Assembly (NCBI GenBank): GCA_002189035.1
Contig: NEEC01000002.1
Location: 4,402,001-4,466,000 of the forward strand
Direction: 5' to 3'
DNA: 64,000 nucleotides
From: Utricularia gibba
Lineage: Eukaryota; Plantae; Magnoliophyta
The translations under genes and the position numbers were made by a program. Shown in pieces: positions 50,121 through 63,299 of this stretch. Under the pieces are notes generated by a model. That model was not told where the DNA came from. It searched no databases and saw nothing but the letters and a program-made list of their open reading frames with translations. Position 1 is the stretch's first letter, and the number at the start of each line of letters is the position of its first letter.

Positions 50121-50641
50121 AAGAAAATTTCTCCATGTTCTTCATTGGGTTTTTACATTCTCACCTCTCCTAAGATGCCTAGTCTGATTGTTTGTTGTTC
50201 GAATTCCCCCTGTATATCCCTTGAAACTGTCTATTTCTCTCCCGTTCCTTGGTCTTCATGTATATTATGCCACTTTTCTTTCATCTTTTTGGTTGCTACT
50301 TTGATTTTATGATATTCAATCATCTTTTCTGTGTTTTGAGGTGTTGCGACTTTTAATTGAGAGCAAGTTATCTCCTTATCATATCAATTCATTTTTCCAT
50401 TTCATTCATCTTGTATTACGTGCTATTGATTATTTTTGCTAGATTTTCTCTAAAATACTGCTATTAATACTTAGGAAAAGATTAGAAAACATAAGATAAA
50501 CTAAATAATTAATTTAGTCCACATTTATGTATTAAAATACACAAAATACTAAAATTACCAAAATACAAGTTAAAATACCTAATTTCACTACTAAACATGT
50601 CCATTTTGTGTTCTAAACTATTAAGAAAATGTGTATTATCA
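50100..50641 (-). mobile_element. 5' fragment of an Athila-type LTR
   Basis: Reverse complement starts tgataatacacatttt, resembles 20193 onward, and carries the same GTGGACTAAAT dyad about 120 nt in. Confidence 0.5.
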
Positions 50642-53021
50642 ATATAGTAGTCTCATAGGCAATGATGAGTCTTGTTTTGGTTGATATCTCATTGGAGACT
50701 CATTGTCCAATGTATTATTCGGCATACCCTTATGGTGACTTGGCCTATCTTTGCTAGCTGTTATCCATTTTCTGTTTTTTTTCTCTATTTTTAATCAAAT
50801 GGCCGTGTTAATCTTACATTTACTTTGTTCGTATAATCCATAAACGTATACAAAATATTCCCCACGAGTTAGGTGACTATAAACATTTCGCATGTGGTGT
50901 AACCTGTAGTGGGATGTTGTCATATAACTATCTTATCCTGTATGCAATGCAAATTAGTGGATGTAGTGTCAGGTAGTGAGTGAGTTTATCTAGAAACGTG
51001 AAGTTTATGGGGTCAATGCCATTACTTTGTCTTCATTGGCTGATGAAACTAGGAGATTGCTGAATTACTATTTATGCCTCCCTTCATTGAATCATTTGTT
51101 TGGTTCATGGTGTTGGATAGGTTACGAGGTCACTACCATGTTATAATTGCATTTAGGTCTATTGACCTCCCTCAAGCAGCACCAAGGCTTATGCATTGAT
51201 TTAAGGTTTTCGCAGTTGAGTCTTTCGTCCTCTTAAACTAAACAATATTGAGGATTTTTGCATCATTTTTTTAGAATTGTTTTTACTTACTCTATGTTTC
51301 AATTTTACATTAATTTATATTGATTATATATATTTTCTATAATAAATTGATATTTTTATAGAAAAATTTTATTTTATAAATTTTTAGGATATTTTTGAGT
51401 TAATCGAAAATATTTCAATATCCCATAATTTATGCATTTGAAAGTAGACGAATTTGGGCTTAAGAGGAGGTTTATGAATAAAGATTAGATTCAAGATTTG
51501 AGACTTGGATCAAAATTTGAAAATAATTATTAAAGATTTGAATAAGAGATTTAGATAAATAGAAAATTTTATCTAAGTCCATAAATCCAAAGAAAATTAA
51601 AGTCTTCTCTCTAATGAATGTCTCATCTGTCAACTGTTAGAGACTTTTTTTGAAAACTTTTCTCTTTTATTTTTTTATTTTTAATGCATTAAAATCAAGC
51701 ATATGTATGTTGCAACTTGCGACTAAGGATATAAGGTGAAACCATATTTGTGTAAGATTCTTATGTATATAGTTGTTTTATTATATTATTTAATATTTAA
51801 TTTGAAATTTGATTTTTTTTATAATTTTTATTTGCGAACGTGATCTTAATTATGACAAAATCTTTAATAAATGTGAGAGAATCTTAATATGATCTCAAAT
51901 AGCTAAGAAGAAGAGTTCAATTGAGTATCATTAGCAAGATACATTTGGCATAATCTGTTTATGAGGGTGTGAATTGCAAAGTTTAAGATTGAATATGAGA
52001 AAAATATGAGTTATTAGGAGAGGTGAAATAGATTTGATGGTGTTATTGATTTTATAAGTGGGATGATGGTACATTGATTATCGGTTAACACTAATTTAAA
52101 ATAATATCTTTTAAATTTGTGCAAGTCAGCCTTTAGGTTTATACATGCAGAGAATGAGCACTTTTTTGTATTGTTGTAGCATTGTTCCAAAGATGCTATT
52201 TTCATTTGTTTTGTATATCTATTTTATTTTTAGAATTGTTTGTTTTTAAATTTGTTTCGAAAAAATTTGAACGTGTCAATTCTATGTGAAGATAATTTTT
52301 TTATTGTTTCATCAATTTTTGTGCAGTTTTAGAATTACCATTACCACCCAAATTATTTAGCTATAGTTTCATTTTTTCAATAACTCTTTTATAATTTTTT
52401 CATAGTTGAATTTGATATTAATAATATTTTTCTATTACTTGGACGTTTATGAAGAGGTTAATAATAATAATTGAAAATGATTAGTTAAGTTATTGGTGAA
52501 TTACATTAATATTACATTGTTTTTCGAAGACATAATCTTATGTAGAACATAAGTTAATAATGTATTATAGATGAAAACTAAAACGCGATTGAATGTAGAA
52601 GAATAATCGTATTGGATAAAAAAAAATATGTCACAAAATGTGATGAAAAAGTTGTGCATTTCAATATTCTCCCTTCTCAAATATTATACATGAAAAAGTT
52701 AGGAGGATGACCAGCAACCCTCGGTGTTGGAAATTCGAATTAATTTCAAATTTGATCCAAAAGCGAAATTGAAAATTCCAATACACAGACCACTGGAAAG
52801 TAGCCTGATTTCAGCCTCTCCTTTTTTGGCACCCACCAAAAAAGAAGCACAATATTGCCTTCCTTGTTGTACCACATTAACCCACATGTTTTTATTTCAA
52901 TTAAAAATTGCACACTTGGAACGTTTTGGGTGTAGCCAAGGAAGCAACAGATAGGCGAGGCGACCTACAGCATCAACTCTACCCTCACTGCCCTACTGGG
53001 TGTGAGAGTTTCCCACAGGAA

Positions 53022-53046
53022 GGATCGGATCGGATCGGATCGGATC
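53022..53046. repeat. (GGATC)5 microsatellite in the TLP promoter
   Basis: Directly visible. Confidence 0.9.
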
Positions 53047-53172
53047 GGCATCCAAATGAGAAAGAGCACCCAACTCAACACCTGACGGAGACGACAGACA
53101 CTATACACTCTCATGGGAGCCTTGCGCAAGTTGAACTTTCATGATTCATTATATACCAATAACGTCCTCATC

Positions 53173-53180
53173 TATAAATA
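53173..53180 (+). promoter_or_regulatory. TATA box (TATAAATA) of the TLP locus
   Basis: CTATAAATA about 50 nt upstream of ATG 53227. Confidence 0.7.
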
Positions 53181-53226
53181 GAGATGTTGTCGTACACATG
53201 AAATAGCAAACGCCGGGCATTATCAA

Positions 53227-54319
53227 ATGATGTGTCGTTTGCATGCGATTCTACTTGCCGTGGGGGTCGTGGCCTCGTGTCTACGGGCTGCAGACTCAGA
53301 AGAGGTGGTGCTGAAGCTCCCCAGCCAGCGGATTCCGGTAAAAGTCACAAAATATACAGAGTACGCGGCGGAGCAAGCTAATGCTAAGGCACAGGAGTGG
53401 TCTTATGGCTTCTTGGGGGCTGTTAAAGACCCTTTTCTCACCTGGCTCAGAGGACGTGGACGTGGTCATGGTCATGGTCATGGTGGTCTGTGGATAACAC
53501 CCAAAATCCTGCTGCTATTTTCTTCCTCCTTAATTGCTTCCCTAATCTAACATCAATACAATACTAAGGAGACCCCTTACTTGCGTTTCGTGAAATACTA
53601 TGGAATGAACCTTTGATTTTTGTCACAGAAAACAATATTTTAAACATGGCAGGGGGTGTTCCAAATGCTGTTTTCACCGTCTACAACAACTGTCCGTACA
53701 CAATTTGGCCGGCGACTCTCACCAGCAGCGGAGGTCAAATCTCGTCCACTGGATTCGAACTTCCTTCGTGGCACGTCGCAACACTCGATGCTCCCCCCAA
53801 TGGTCCGGAAGAATATGGGCGAGGTTTCAGTGCTCTTGGGGCGGCAGCGGCTTCAGATGCAACAGTGGGGACTGTGGCTCTGGCCAGATTCCATGCAACG
53901 GTCACGGAGGCGCTCCACCAGCGACACTCGCCGAGTTCACCCTCAGCGGAAGCGGCAACCAGGACTTCTTCGACGTCAGCCTCGTCGACGGTTTCAACCT
54001 GCCCGTAAGAATAGATCCGGACGGCGGTTGCGCGTCCGCAAGCTGCCCTGTCGATATAAACGCTCAGTGTCCGAGTGAGTTAAGCATATGGGATAACAAC
54101 GGCGGAGTGATCGGGTGCAAGAGTGCGTGCGTGGCATTTAATCAGCCGCAGTACTGCTGCTCGCCGCCGAACAACACGCCGGATACTTGTCCGGCGACGG
54201 ATTATTCAGAGCACTTCAAGCGTCTGTGCCCTCAGGCTTACAGCTACGCTTTTGATGATCCATCCAGCACCTTCACGTGCGCTGCTGGAAGAAGCTACAC
54301 CATCACCTGGTGCCCATGA
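53227..54319 (+). CDS. TLP: Thaumatin-like (PR-5) protein, long 16-Cys type, with signal peptide and N-terminal extension. Probable intron 53486 to 53628 or 53652; 1-bp frameshift in the C-run at 53793-53798.
   Basis: AVFTVYNNCPYTIWP, PATLAEFTL, DFFDVSLVDGFNLP and CPQAYSYAFDD..STFTC. All 16 Cys and the R/E/D/D/D acidic-cleft residues present after adding one C. Exon-1 junction inferred. Confidence 0.9.
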
Positions 54320-55103
54320 TCAAAGTTGCTGTGAAACCAGATGGTTGAATAAAGCAGCTGCTGTTCTTCGCGGCAGTTGCTATGTTTCACGCAATCTTGT
54401 TGTGTGTGTTTAACTGCGCAGTATTTTGAGTATGACTCATATTTTATAAGGGAAAGGTTAACTTTGATTACGTGACGTTTGAAATTTTTTAGATACTAGT
54501 TGATGACGTTAATAAAATTAGAGAATTTGTATATAACGTTTTTAAAGTTGCTCAAACAAAACATCACGTTTTGAAAATTACTTAATACCAATATTACATT
54601 TTGAAAACTATTCAATAAAAATATTATGTTTCAAATATTGCATTTTTAAAACATCAAGTTTTGAAATTAATTAAAATAGTACATCACCTTTAAAAAGTTT
54701 CGGTTTTGGTCTTTGATTTTTAAAAAATTCATACGATATTGGAAAAATACGAAATCATTCTATTTGATAGCTATATTATAGATTGACATATAAAAATTTC
54801 AAAACATAGTTAAGATAACTATAGAATATGTTTTCAATTTTATTAAGATTTAGGTTCCCTAAGTGAATTCCAAAGCCCAAATTTGGCTCATTTAATGTGA
54901 TGCGTTTGCTTAACATATTCAATCACCGCCATCTCCCGTTCATTCCCTCCATGAACGCTTGGTGAAATGATAGCTGTACAAAGAAGACAACGGCTTCATA
55001 ATTGCATTGCCCTGCCTTGGAGTTTCAAAAGGCTTCGATTTTTAGGGTTTAAGCTTAGTGGTGCATCTTTTGTGAGCATTGCCTCCATTTTTGTGTTCAT
55101 GAG

Positions 55104-58100
55104 TATAGATGTTCATGAGTCGGTTCTGGGTCGATTCTATGCCAACCCAGAACCGACCCAACTATAAAGACAAAGACCCGGAACCGATCTAGACCCGATT
55201 ACTAACCAATAGACTAAGAGTCATGGTTCTTTATCGGTTCTGGGTCGGTTCTTGGTCCTTACTGGCTTTGGTTTTTACTAAAAACATTGAATTTGAAAGC
55301 TTTTAAACAATATAAGAACAATGCATTAAAAGGCACAGAAAACTAACAAACACTAGGAAAAATGCTTATACAAATTAAAAGGGCTACGTTTAGTTTTGAT
55401 ACAAAAGTAGGGCTGTTTCACACATTTGAACACACATGTTTGTAAAAATCACATTGAAAACAACGTTTCTTGATATTTAATTGATTTGATGCAAATGTTT
55501 TCATAAATTTAATTTTGAAACAAATGTTTGTGAAAACACAATGTTTTCAACATAAACGTTCACCAAAAAATATATTTTGATTAATGTATTAAAAAAATAC
55601 AAATATATTAATACATTAAATATTAGATCTAACGTTTGCCTAAAAATACATAAATCAATTCAAAATTAGGGTTTTAATTTCAAACCCAAATTAACTTTCA
55701 TTCTTTCAGAAACTTCTACCGAGCTCCAATTCCAATGACAATCGTTGGTAAAATGATTCAAAACGAGTGTATATTTTTTATTTTAATATTTTTATTAGCA
55801 TTCGATCTTTAGATATGATTCGTATTGAGCGTATATTTTTTATTTTAATATTTTTATTAGCATTTGATCCTTAGGTATACTTTGGATCGAGTGCATATTC
55901 ATTTATTTTAAATTTTAATTAGCGTTCGACCCTTAGGAACAATTTAGATCGTGTATACATGACAACCCACACAGGCATGGTTTATGCATAAGCCACGCCC
56001 ATGTGCATACACACCAGCACCACAAGATCACACGGTCGTGGTTTACACCCGTACACACACAGCAGCATGACAATGCCACACGGGCATGGTTTATGGATAA
56101 ACCACGCCCATGTGCACATGCAACAGCATGACAAGGCCACACAGCCGTGGTTTATGCACAACCCACACCCGTATGCCCTTGTCATGTATACACAATCCAA
56201 ATTGCTCTTAAGAGTCGAGCGTTAATATAAATTTAAAATAAATAAATATCCACTCAATTCGAATCATAACTAAAGATCGAATGCTAATAAAAATATTAAA
56301 ATAAAAAATATACGCTCGATTAGAATTATACCTACGGATAGAATGCTAATAAAAAAATTAAAATAAAAAATATACATTCGATTAGAATCATAACCAATGA
56401 TCGAATACATATTAAAATAATTAAAATAAAAATACACACTCCATCCAAAGTATAACTAAAGATCGAATGCTAATAATATTAAAAACTAAGAAACTTTCAT
56501 ATTTATTATATGATTTAATAAATAACATATTTACATTATTTATATTTTAATAAACATAACCAATGATCGAATCCTTTTGATTTTTTCTTCAAATTAAAAA
56601 ATGATCCGAGTTCAAAAAACCGAACTTCACGCTTCAGTGGTAAATAAGCTATCATGAATGTTATCATCTTCAATCAGTTCGTCTTCAAGTAATGAGATTT
56701 GTTCCATATCTGCATCACAAAAAAATAAAATACGATCAGATTAGGCAATTAGAAAATATTATCAAATAATGATAATAAATAATGCTTCAGGCTTACCCTT
56801 GATCTCATTCCATAGCCAATATCTAGTGCACATTTGTGCTTCTAGAATATCTTCCTTCAACCTACTATGAAGAGTGGTAACAATTTTTCCACCAATACTG
56901 AAAGCGGATTCTGATGCTACCGTAGAAATAGGAATAGGTAGAATATCACTTATCATTTTCCTTAATGTAGGATGAGTGACATTGCCACTTACCGACCACC
57001 AATTAAGCACATTGAAATTTTCCATTCGTTGCAAGACCGGCTCTTTGAGATAGTAGTATAACTCTGATTCAAGGGGATTTGAAACAATTCTGAATTCGTT
57101 AGTCATGAATTGATCATACATCGACAAAGTGGACGATCCAGATCTACTCATAGTAACTGAACTAGATGCAGAAACATGGTCAACCGCCTTCAAAGATGAT
57201 AAACTCGAAATAGAAATATCTAGAGACTTGTATTCTTTTAAAAGATCTCTCACACTCTTCAACACTTCTTCAATATGAACACTAGCATTTTGCCATAAAT
57301 AAAAGGGAAATAGAATTCAATGAGCTTCATTTTATACCTTGGATCCAAAACCACAGGAACTCCTAAGATTAAATGACGAGTGTCCCAATATTTAGAGAAC
57401 TTGGCCGTCATCTCTTCTACCATTCCAGAAATGGTCTCATCTGCACTCTTAACCCATTCATTTAGTTGAATCTTGATTTCACAAACTGTAGGAAAAAATA
57501 AGTTGGTAATGGGGTGAAGAGTTTGTGAAAACAAGAGACTAGCCTTATAAAAAATCTCTGATTTGCCATAAATCTTATTAACTTTGACCCAATCATCTTT
57601 AATAGGAAGATATTTGTACTACCTCTCTATAAGTGCTACTAATGGAAACACATCTTTATAAAAAATAGCAGCTTGCAGCATCAAATATGTTGAATTCGAG
57701 CGAGTCTTGCAATCAAGTGTTAGCTTCTTGTCACCACCAATGCCAAATTGGTTTGTAGCATGATCAAATGTTTCAACTCTCTTTTGTGAAGGCGTCCAAA
57801 ACATAATACTCCGACGAATTTTTTCAATTGCTCTCTCAATCTTAGACAACCCAACTTCAACAATTAAATTCAAAATATGCGCATTACAACGCATGTGAAG
57901 TACTTGACCACCAAGAAGCAAATCTTTTGTTGAGAGCTTTAGGAGAATCAATTCCATCACAAGATCATTTGTTGAACAATTGTCAACAGTAGTTGTAGAC
58001 AACTTCCGATCAATATTCCACTTAATAAGCGATTGAAGCAACACATCTGAATTTACTCCAGTAGTATGTGGTGAAGGGACATAAACAAATCTGAAAAAAC

Positions 58101-58972
58101 GATAAGTAAATTGAGAGAAAAATCATAAACAAATCATAATGAAAATACTGCTAAATACATTCACTTATTTAAATGATATTAAAGGAACCTCAAGATACAA
58201 CTCTGTAGCTTCCAATCTTTATCAATAAAATGTGCCGTAACTGCCATGTATCCTTTCATATTATGATCGGCTGTCCACATATCTGTCGTAATTGCCACTC
58301 GATTTTTTGTTTTTTGTAACAATGAATAGCACTTGGATTTGTAACTCAGATGCATTTGACTAATATCCCTTTTGAGAGAATGCCGAGAAATCATAGAAAA
58401 TGCAGGATTCAGGCTTGCACAAAATCTTCTAAATCCGATATGCTCAACCATGACCAATGGATAATTATGTAAAACAACAGCTTTTGTGATTCCTCTAATG
58501 CCACTTTGGGATCAAAGTCAAACTTTTCAACTGCACCTTTTCTTCCAATCTGAAGAATAGATTTTCTAATATCCACTTTGACTTTTTTCTTGATATAAAT
58601 ATTATAGTAATGCTTCCAGAGACTTGAGGTGCCATTGGGTGTTTCTGTCGAAATGGTTCTCTTGCAATAATTGCATTCTGTCAACCATTTTTTTTCATCA
58701 AAGAATCTCCTAAAATGATTCCAAATATCTGAACTTCGTTTCCTTGTATTATTGCTTTGAGTCTCCTCTTCATTCCTTGTTGAGTCTGCTCTTAATCCAG
58801 AAGTATAGTCCTTGTCATTAATATCCGTTCCCAACCCTCTTATATTCTGCTCGTCTTCCATAATTTGTGGTCTTGTGGAAGATACAATAGAATCATCATT
58901 TGATGCCATCTCTTGAAATCTTATAATCAGAATGCACAAAATTAAACTAAACCACACAAATCTAATACACAA
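55104..58972 (-). mobile_element. hAT (Ac/Tam3, SLEEPER-like) transposon fossil; transposase CDS 58909-56627 with introns 58198-58091 and 56796-56710
   Basis: BED finger (DIWNHF..CNYCK..GTSSLWKH), catalytic TTDMW / VDNCSTND / STVASESAFS motifs and dimerisation domain. GT..AG introns seen. Several frameshifts. AACCG/ACCCG subterminal repeats near 55120-55260. Confidence 0.88.
55757..56480. repeat. Foldback structure: inverted arms built from a 62-bp AT-rich unit around a 213-nt GC-rich spacer of 109-bp (60+49) repeats
   Basis: Perfect inner ends gtgtatacatgacaa (55951-55965) and ttgtcatgtatacac (56179-56193). Unit starts at 55765, 55827 and 55889. Confidence 0.85.
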
Positions 58973-59481
58973 TTAATAATAAACCCTAAATAGAGCAGAT
59001 AGAAATTGAATCAGTCAAATCTCAACGACCTATCTCAATGCCTAAACCATAACATGCATGACACCAAGTCAGCAACATGAAAAATCAAAAGACTACTCAA
59101 ATCCACAAACCCAAATCGACAAGGCTATCTCCGTCGCTGCAAAGCCCCCACTTCTTTCCACAAATATGAGCCCCATTGTCATTTAATTATTTAAGTAATA
59201 ATAATAATACTAAGTGTTAATAAATAATATGATGAAAACATGCTGACAGTGCACAACCTAACATTCTTAGTGGTGGAAGATTGAAATGCACGTGAACTAC
59301 AAATTATTCTGTATACGGGAGTTGCTGATGAAATAAGTTCATTCCCTGATCCGAATTACCCCACATTTCACCCTAATGGACATTTGACAAAAGAAGATTT
59401 AATGTATGACTCTTCTATTCTCATGAATCTGAAACTGTAGTATATATATGATGCTCTTATCTTTATTGTATTAATGCTTTC

Positions 59482-61040
59482 ATGTTGGGTATTCAATTTA
59501 CGTCAAATGTAGAGGCTAATATTCCGTTAACCAACTTTTCTATTGAAGAGGGATTTGAGTTTTATGTGTCCAAAAACAATGCACAATATCTCAAGTTTGT
59601 GTGTGGTACTTGTAAGGAGCATTTGACATGGAAAAATGCAGCGAATGATCAGGAGATAACATGTGCTTGTATTTGTTATGTACCACGATAACATCAGTTC
59701 TATATTGGATCTTAAATTTGTTTTCTTCATTGGAGAACTCTCAAAACCCAGTAGAATGATGTCCTTGGTTTGTGTTGGTTCATGCTACAAACACAAAAAC
59801 GTTTGATTGATGTCTGATATTGAGCTACGACACAAGGATGACTATCATCATGTTAAGAAAAATCGTGAAGTAAGATCTGGTTGGATTGCTAAGAAATTCC
59901 TTCGGAGTTTCACTCAAAAGCTAGGAATGATGATTTCAGAGTTACATCGAGAGGTTTTCAATGCTATCGGAGTGGATGTTCATGAGGAAACTTTGCACCG
60001 AGCTTGCAAGAAGGCAAAAGAGATCATTTTTTATCGACGTGTGGAGGAGTTTAGTCGTTTGAAGGATTTTAAGGAAAATTTCTTTAGTTAAATCCGGGGA
60101 GTACTTTCGTGATCAACACAGAAATCGTTAGTGAGGGAGAAGAGACGTTTAAAGCATGTTACATATGCCCCATAGTATTGATCCAAGGCTGGAGGACTTG
60201 TTATATGCCCTTTATTAATATCGACACTTGTCATGTGAAGATCGAAACTGCTGGTTTTATCTTTGTTGTCGTTGGCTTGGATTCCAATAATGGTACATAT
60301 CCATTTGCTTGGGCAATTTTAGGCAAGGATGCGAAGCAAATTAGATGTGGTTTTTAAATCTATTACATGATGATTTGAACATTGAGAGATTGGATGAAAT
60401 ATACATTATATCAGACCACGATGTATCTATTTGGGAAGCTATTGCCAACCTATTTTTGCGCTGTGAGGTAGTTCTAACTACAATCAACACAATCACATTT
60501 GCTTTTATAGATAATTTTATGTTAATTTGATGTTGTTTTATGTAGCATTGTCAATGCTTTAGGCATATACAACAGAATCTTAAAGGAAAGCCCAGTGAGA
60601 AAGATTGCGGAACAAGGCACCAGGGCATAATGGAAGGCTGAGACACATGCGCTGATGAAGATGAACGAGAAAGCGTATCTCTACATGTTACGTATCCCAC
60701 CAAAGCATTGGTGCATTGTTTTTTTTAGGCCATGTAGCAAGTCTGATGCCCTATTGTTTTTTTTTAGGGGCGAGGTTGAAGCTGATAATCCCCTTGTTAG
60801 AGGTAATTTGAGTTTTATTGTATGAGCGTATTGTCGTAAGACATGACGGGGCCACACGTATGGCAAATGTCGCCTGCCCTAACATTTTGGGAGTAATGAT
60901 AGCAAGGGCCAAGAAAGGATGAGAGGGCCGAATACATAGCTCCACCCGTGATCGTTGGGAGTGGTCGTAGGCAAAGACATTGAAAGATTTGACTTGGCAA
61001 ATAGAGTATGTAGTTGCAGCATTTGGCAAAATCGAGGTGC
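59482..61040 (+). mobile_element. Mutator/MULE (MuDR-like) transposase fossil
   Basis: FEFYVSKN..YLKFVC..C..TW (MuDR DNA-binding-like) and INIDTCHVK..GFIFVVVGLDSNNGTYPFAWA..WFLNLLHDDL..IISD (MULE DDE domain). Many stops and frameshifts. Confidence 0.85.
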
Positions 61041-61599
61041 GTATTCTATGCTATTAAGATTTGAGTATTCTTGACTGATGTTAAAGCAATGGTTTTTGAT
61101 AGTATTGTGCCTGAATTTTTAAATCTGTTAATACTTTATTGAAGTGTTTTATTGCAGCAATACAATTGATTCATTGAGACGATATTTTTGGAGGTTTGTT
61201 ACAATAACTAAGCAAATTGCTTTTTGATAATATTGTGCCTGAATTTTTAGGTCTGTAACTGTAGTATTGAAGTTTTTTATAATAACATTGTTGCTGATTT
61301 ATTGAGGTGATTTTTATGGGTCTATTACACAAGTAATTTAAGATCTGTTATAGTATTATATTTGAATGTGTTTTTAATAGTATTATGTATGATTTTTTAA
61401 GCTTTGTCATACAAGTATGCTTGATTGGTTAATGTCAGTTACAATAGTATTGTTGATTCATTGTGATAGGTATATCATGTTGTCATGCTGTCATAGTCAT
61501 TGATTAACTAGGAAGGCCAATGCACAATTATGTAGACACCTACTATTATGTAGACTCATACAGGGGGCTATATGATTAATCGCTACATGATGTCCATTC

Positions 61600-63159
61600 A
61601 TGCACAAGAGGAATCTATTCACGCACATTTGAGTGATAACATGACATGCACACTAGTACTCTTGTGGCTCATACATCTGAATTTTATCAAAGTTGTTTAT
61701 GTTTACCATTGGTGCTGACAAAGTTAGTTTTATGTTAGTCTTAGCTAGGACTTGGGGGCAAGTCTTGTGTCGTTGTAGCATAGTGTGATGAAACACATTT
61801 TCTCTGAATTTTATAATACAAAATAGTTATATGTTATTGTGGTTTAGGTTAGATAAATGTGGTTTTTTATGTTTGTAAGAGTTTACGTTAATTTTGTATG
61901 TTTATGTTAAAAGTGAACTAAATCCTTTGATTTAGTCCACCACTTTTGTTACTTATGTTTGACTAAGTTCAGGAGGGAGATCAACAGAAAATCAGACTTA
62001 CAAACGTGTGGAACAAGTGAAAAAGGGGCACAATATCCGAAAGAGACAAAGAGCACTGTTTTGCTGCCACCTGCAGTCTGCAAGTTCAGGCTGGAAACAA
62101 TGCTGGGGTCAGGAATAGTGCAGTGGAGTGAAGGAGAGGAGATATTTTTTCGAAAAAGAGGGAGAGAACGACGGAAGGAGCACAGAACACACGCAAGGGG
62201 GCTTCTCGCCAAATGCAAAAAACACCAACCAGAAGAGGGGAAGAAGGTCTTCATCGTCAAGAGCAGCACTAGAGCCCAGCCCAGCGCTACTATTCCGGGC
62301 CGTGAATAGTAGCAACCGGGCAACATAAAAGTCTTTATTTCCTTTATGTTTTCTAAATGTTTCGAGTTCTTTGTACCTGACTTGCTTACAATGTTTCTGT
62401 CCTTTTCGCCAACTTATCTGAATGAAATCATGTTTTATTTTCCAAGTATGAGTAGCTAAAATCTTAAGGATGCCTTAAAGTAAAGTATGGTGATGTGTGC
62501 TTAGGGTTAATAATGAAATTTATGTTTGTTTCTTAGCTCTTGTTTCTATTAATTCATGGGTAGACCTGAGGAGAGGAACAAGTAGCTTCACTACTTAGAT
62601 GCTTGATTTAGAGGTAGACCAAAAAATCAAGACGGGAGTAGTAGGTTTTAGTCCGGGGTAGAACTAGTAGTACCGGGTAGACCTAGTTTTATATGTTTTG
62701 CATGTGGGTAGACCGAATTGCAATGTTGGTTATGATATTGAGGTCTGACTTAGCCGAAAATATGATGAATGACTTGGGTAGATTTAGGATATTTGAAGTT
62801 GTGAGTATAGAAACATGGTAAATTAAATTAAGGATCTTAGCATTACACCACCTACAGACCCTTAAGGTATCTTTGTATTATTTTGAGTTAGAACTAGTAC
62901 TTGTTACCTTTCGCATTGAAACTTGATCTTATTTACCGAACTTGTTTACCACTGTTGGTCCGAGGTTAGACTAAGACCACTGTTATTCCGAATTATGCAT
63001 TTACTAAAACATTTAGCAAGTACAAGCTCTTCGTGATCGACCCCGAAATCTGCTATATAAGTTTTCTAAATTTCTATTTTGTGTAGATTAGGGCTTATAA
63101 ATTTATTTGATATTGATTTCTATTTTTATTGCAACGATATTAGGAATTTATGTTTATAA
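61600..63159 (+). mobile_element. 3' end of another Athila-type element 'E': 3' UTR remnant plus 3' LTR 61786-~63159
   Basis: LTR starts tgatgaaacac directly after a motif shared with element D (gacttg..caagtc..gtcgttgtag.atagtg). Family-type 3' terminus; no PBS follows. Confidence 0.75.
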
Positions 63160-63299
63160 GGTAAGGAACATGAAGATCTAGATTTTTTGTTTTGTCTTAG
63201 TTTGATTCTGATCTTTTTTTTCTTTGATAGCAAAATAGTTGAACGATCATCCAAAAAGAGTGGTGAAAGTGTGAAGACTAAGCATCAATGGAAATCATA

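Noticed and set aside
6282-54319. PAL + LOG + TLP as a biosynthetic or defence gene cluster
   Set aside because: Unrelated pathways, separated by 16-26 kb of TEs, with no shared-pathway logic visible.
55933-56225. Cys/His-rich short ORFs in the foldback core
   Set aside because: By-products of the CAC/GTG tandem repeat; no promoter or splice context.
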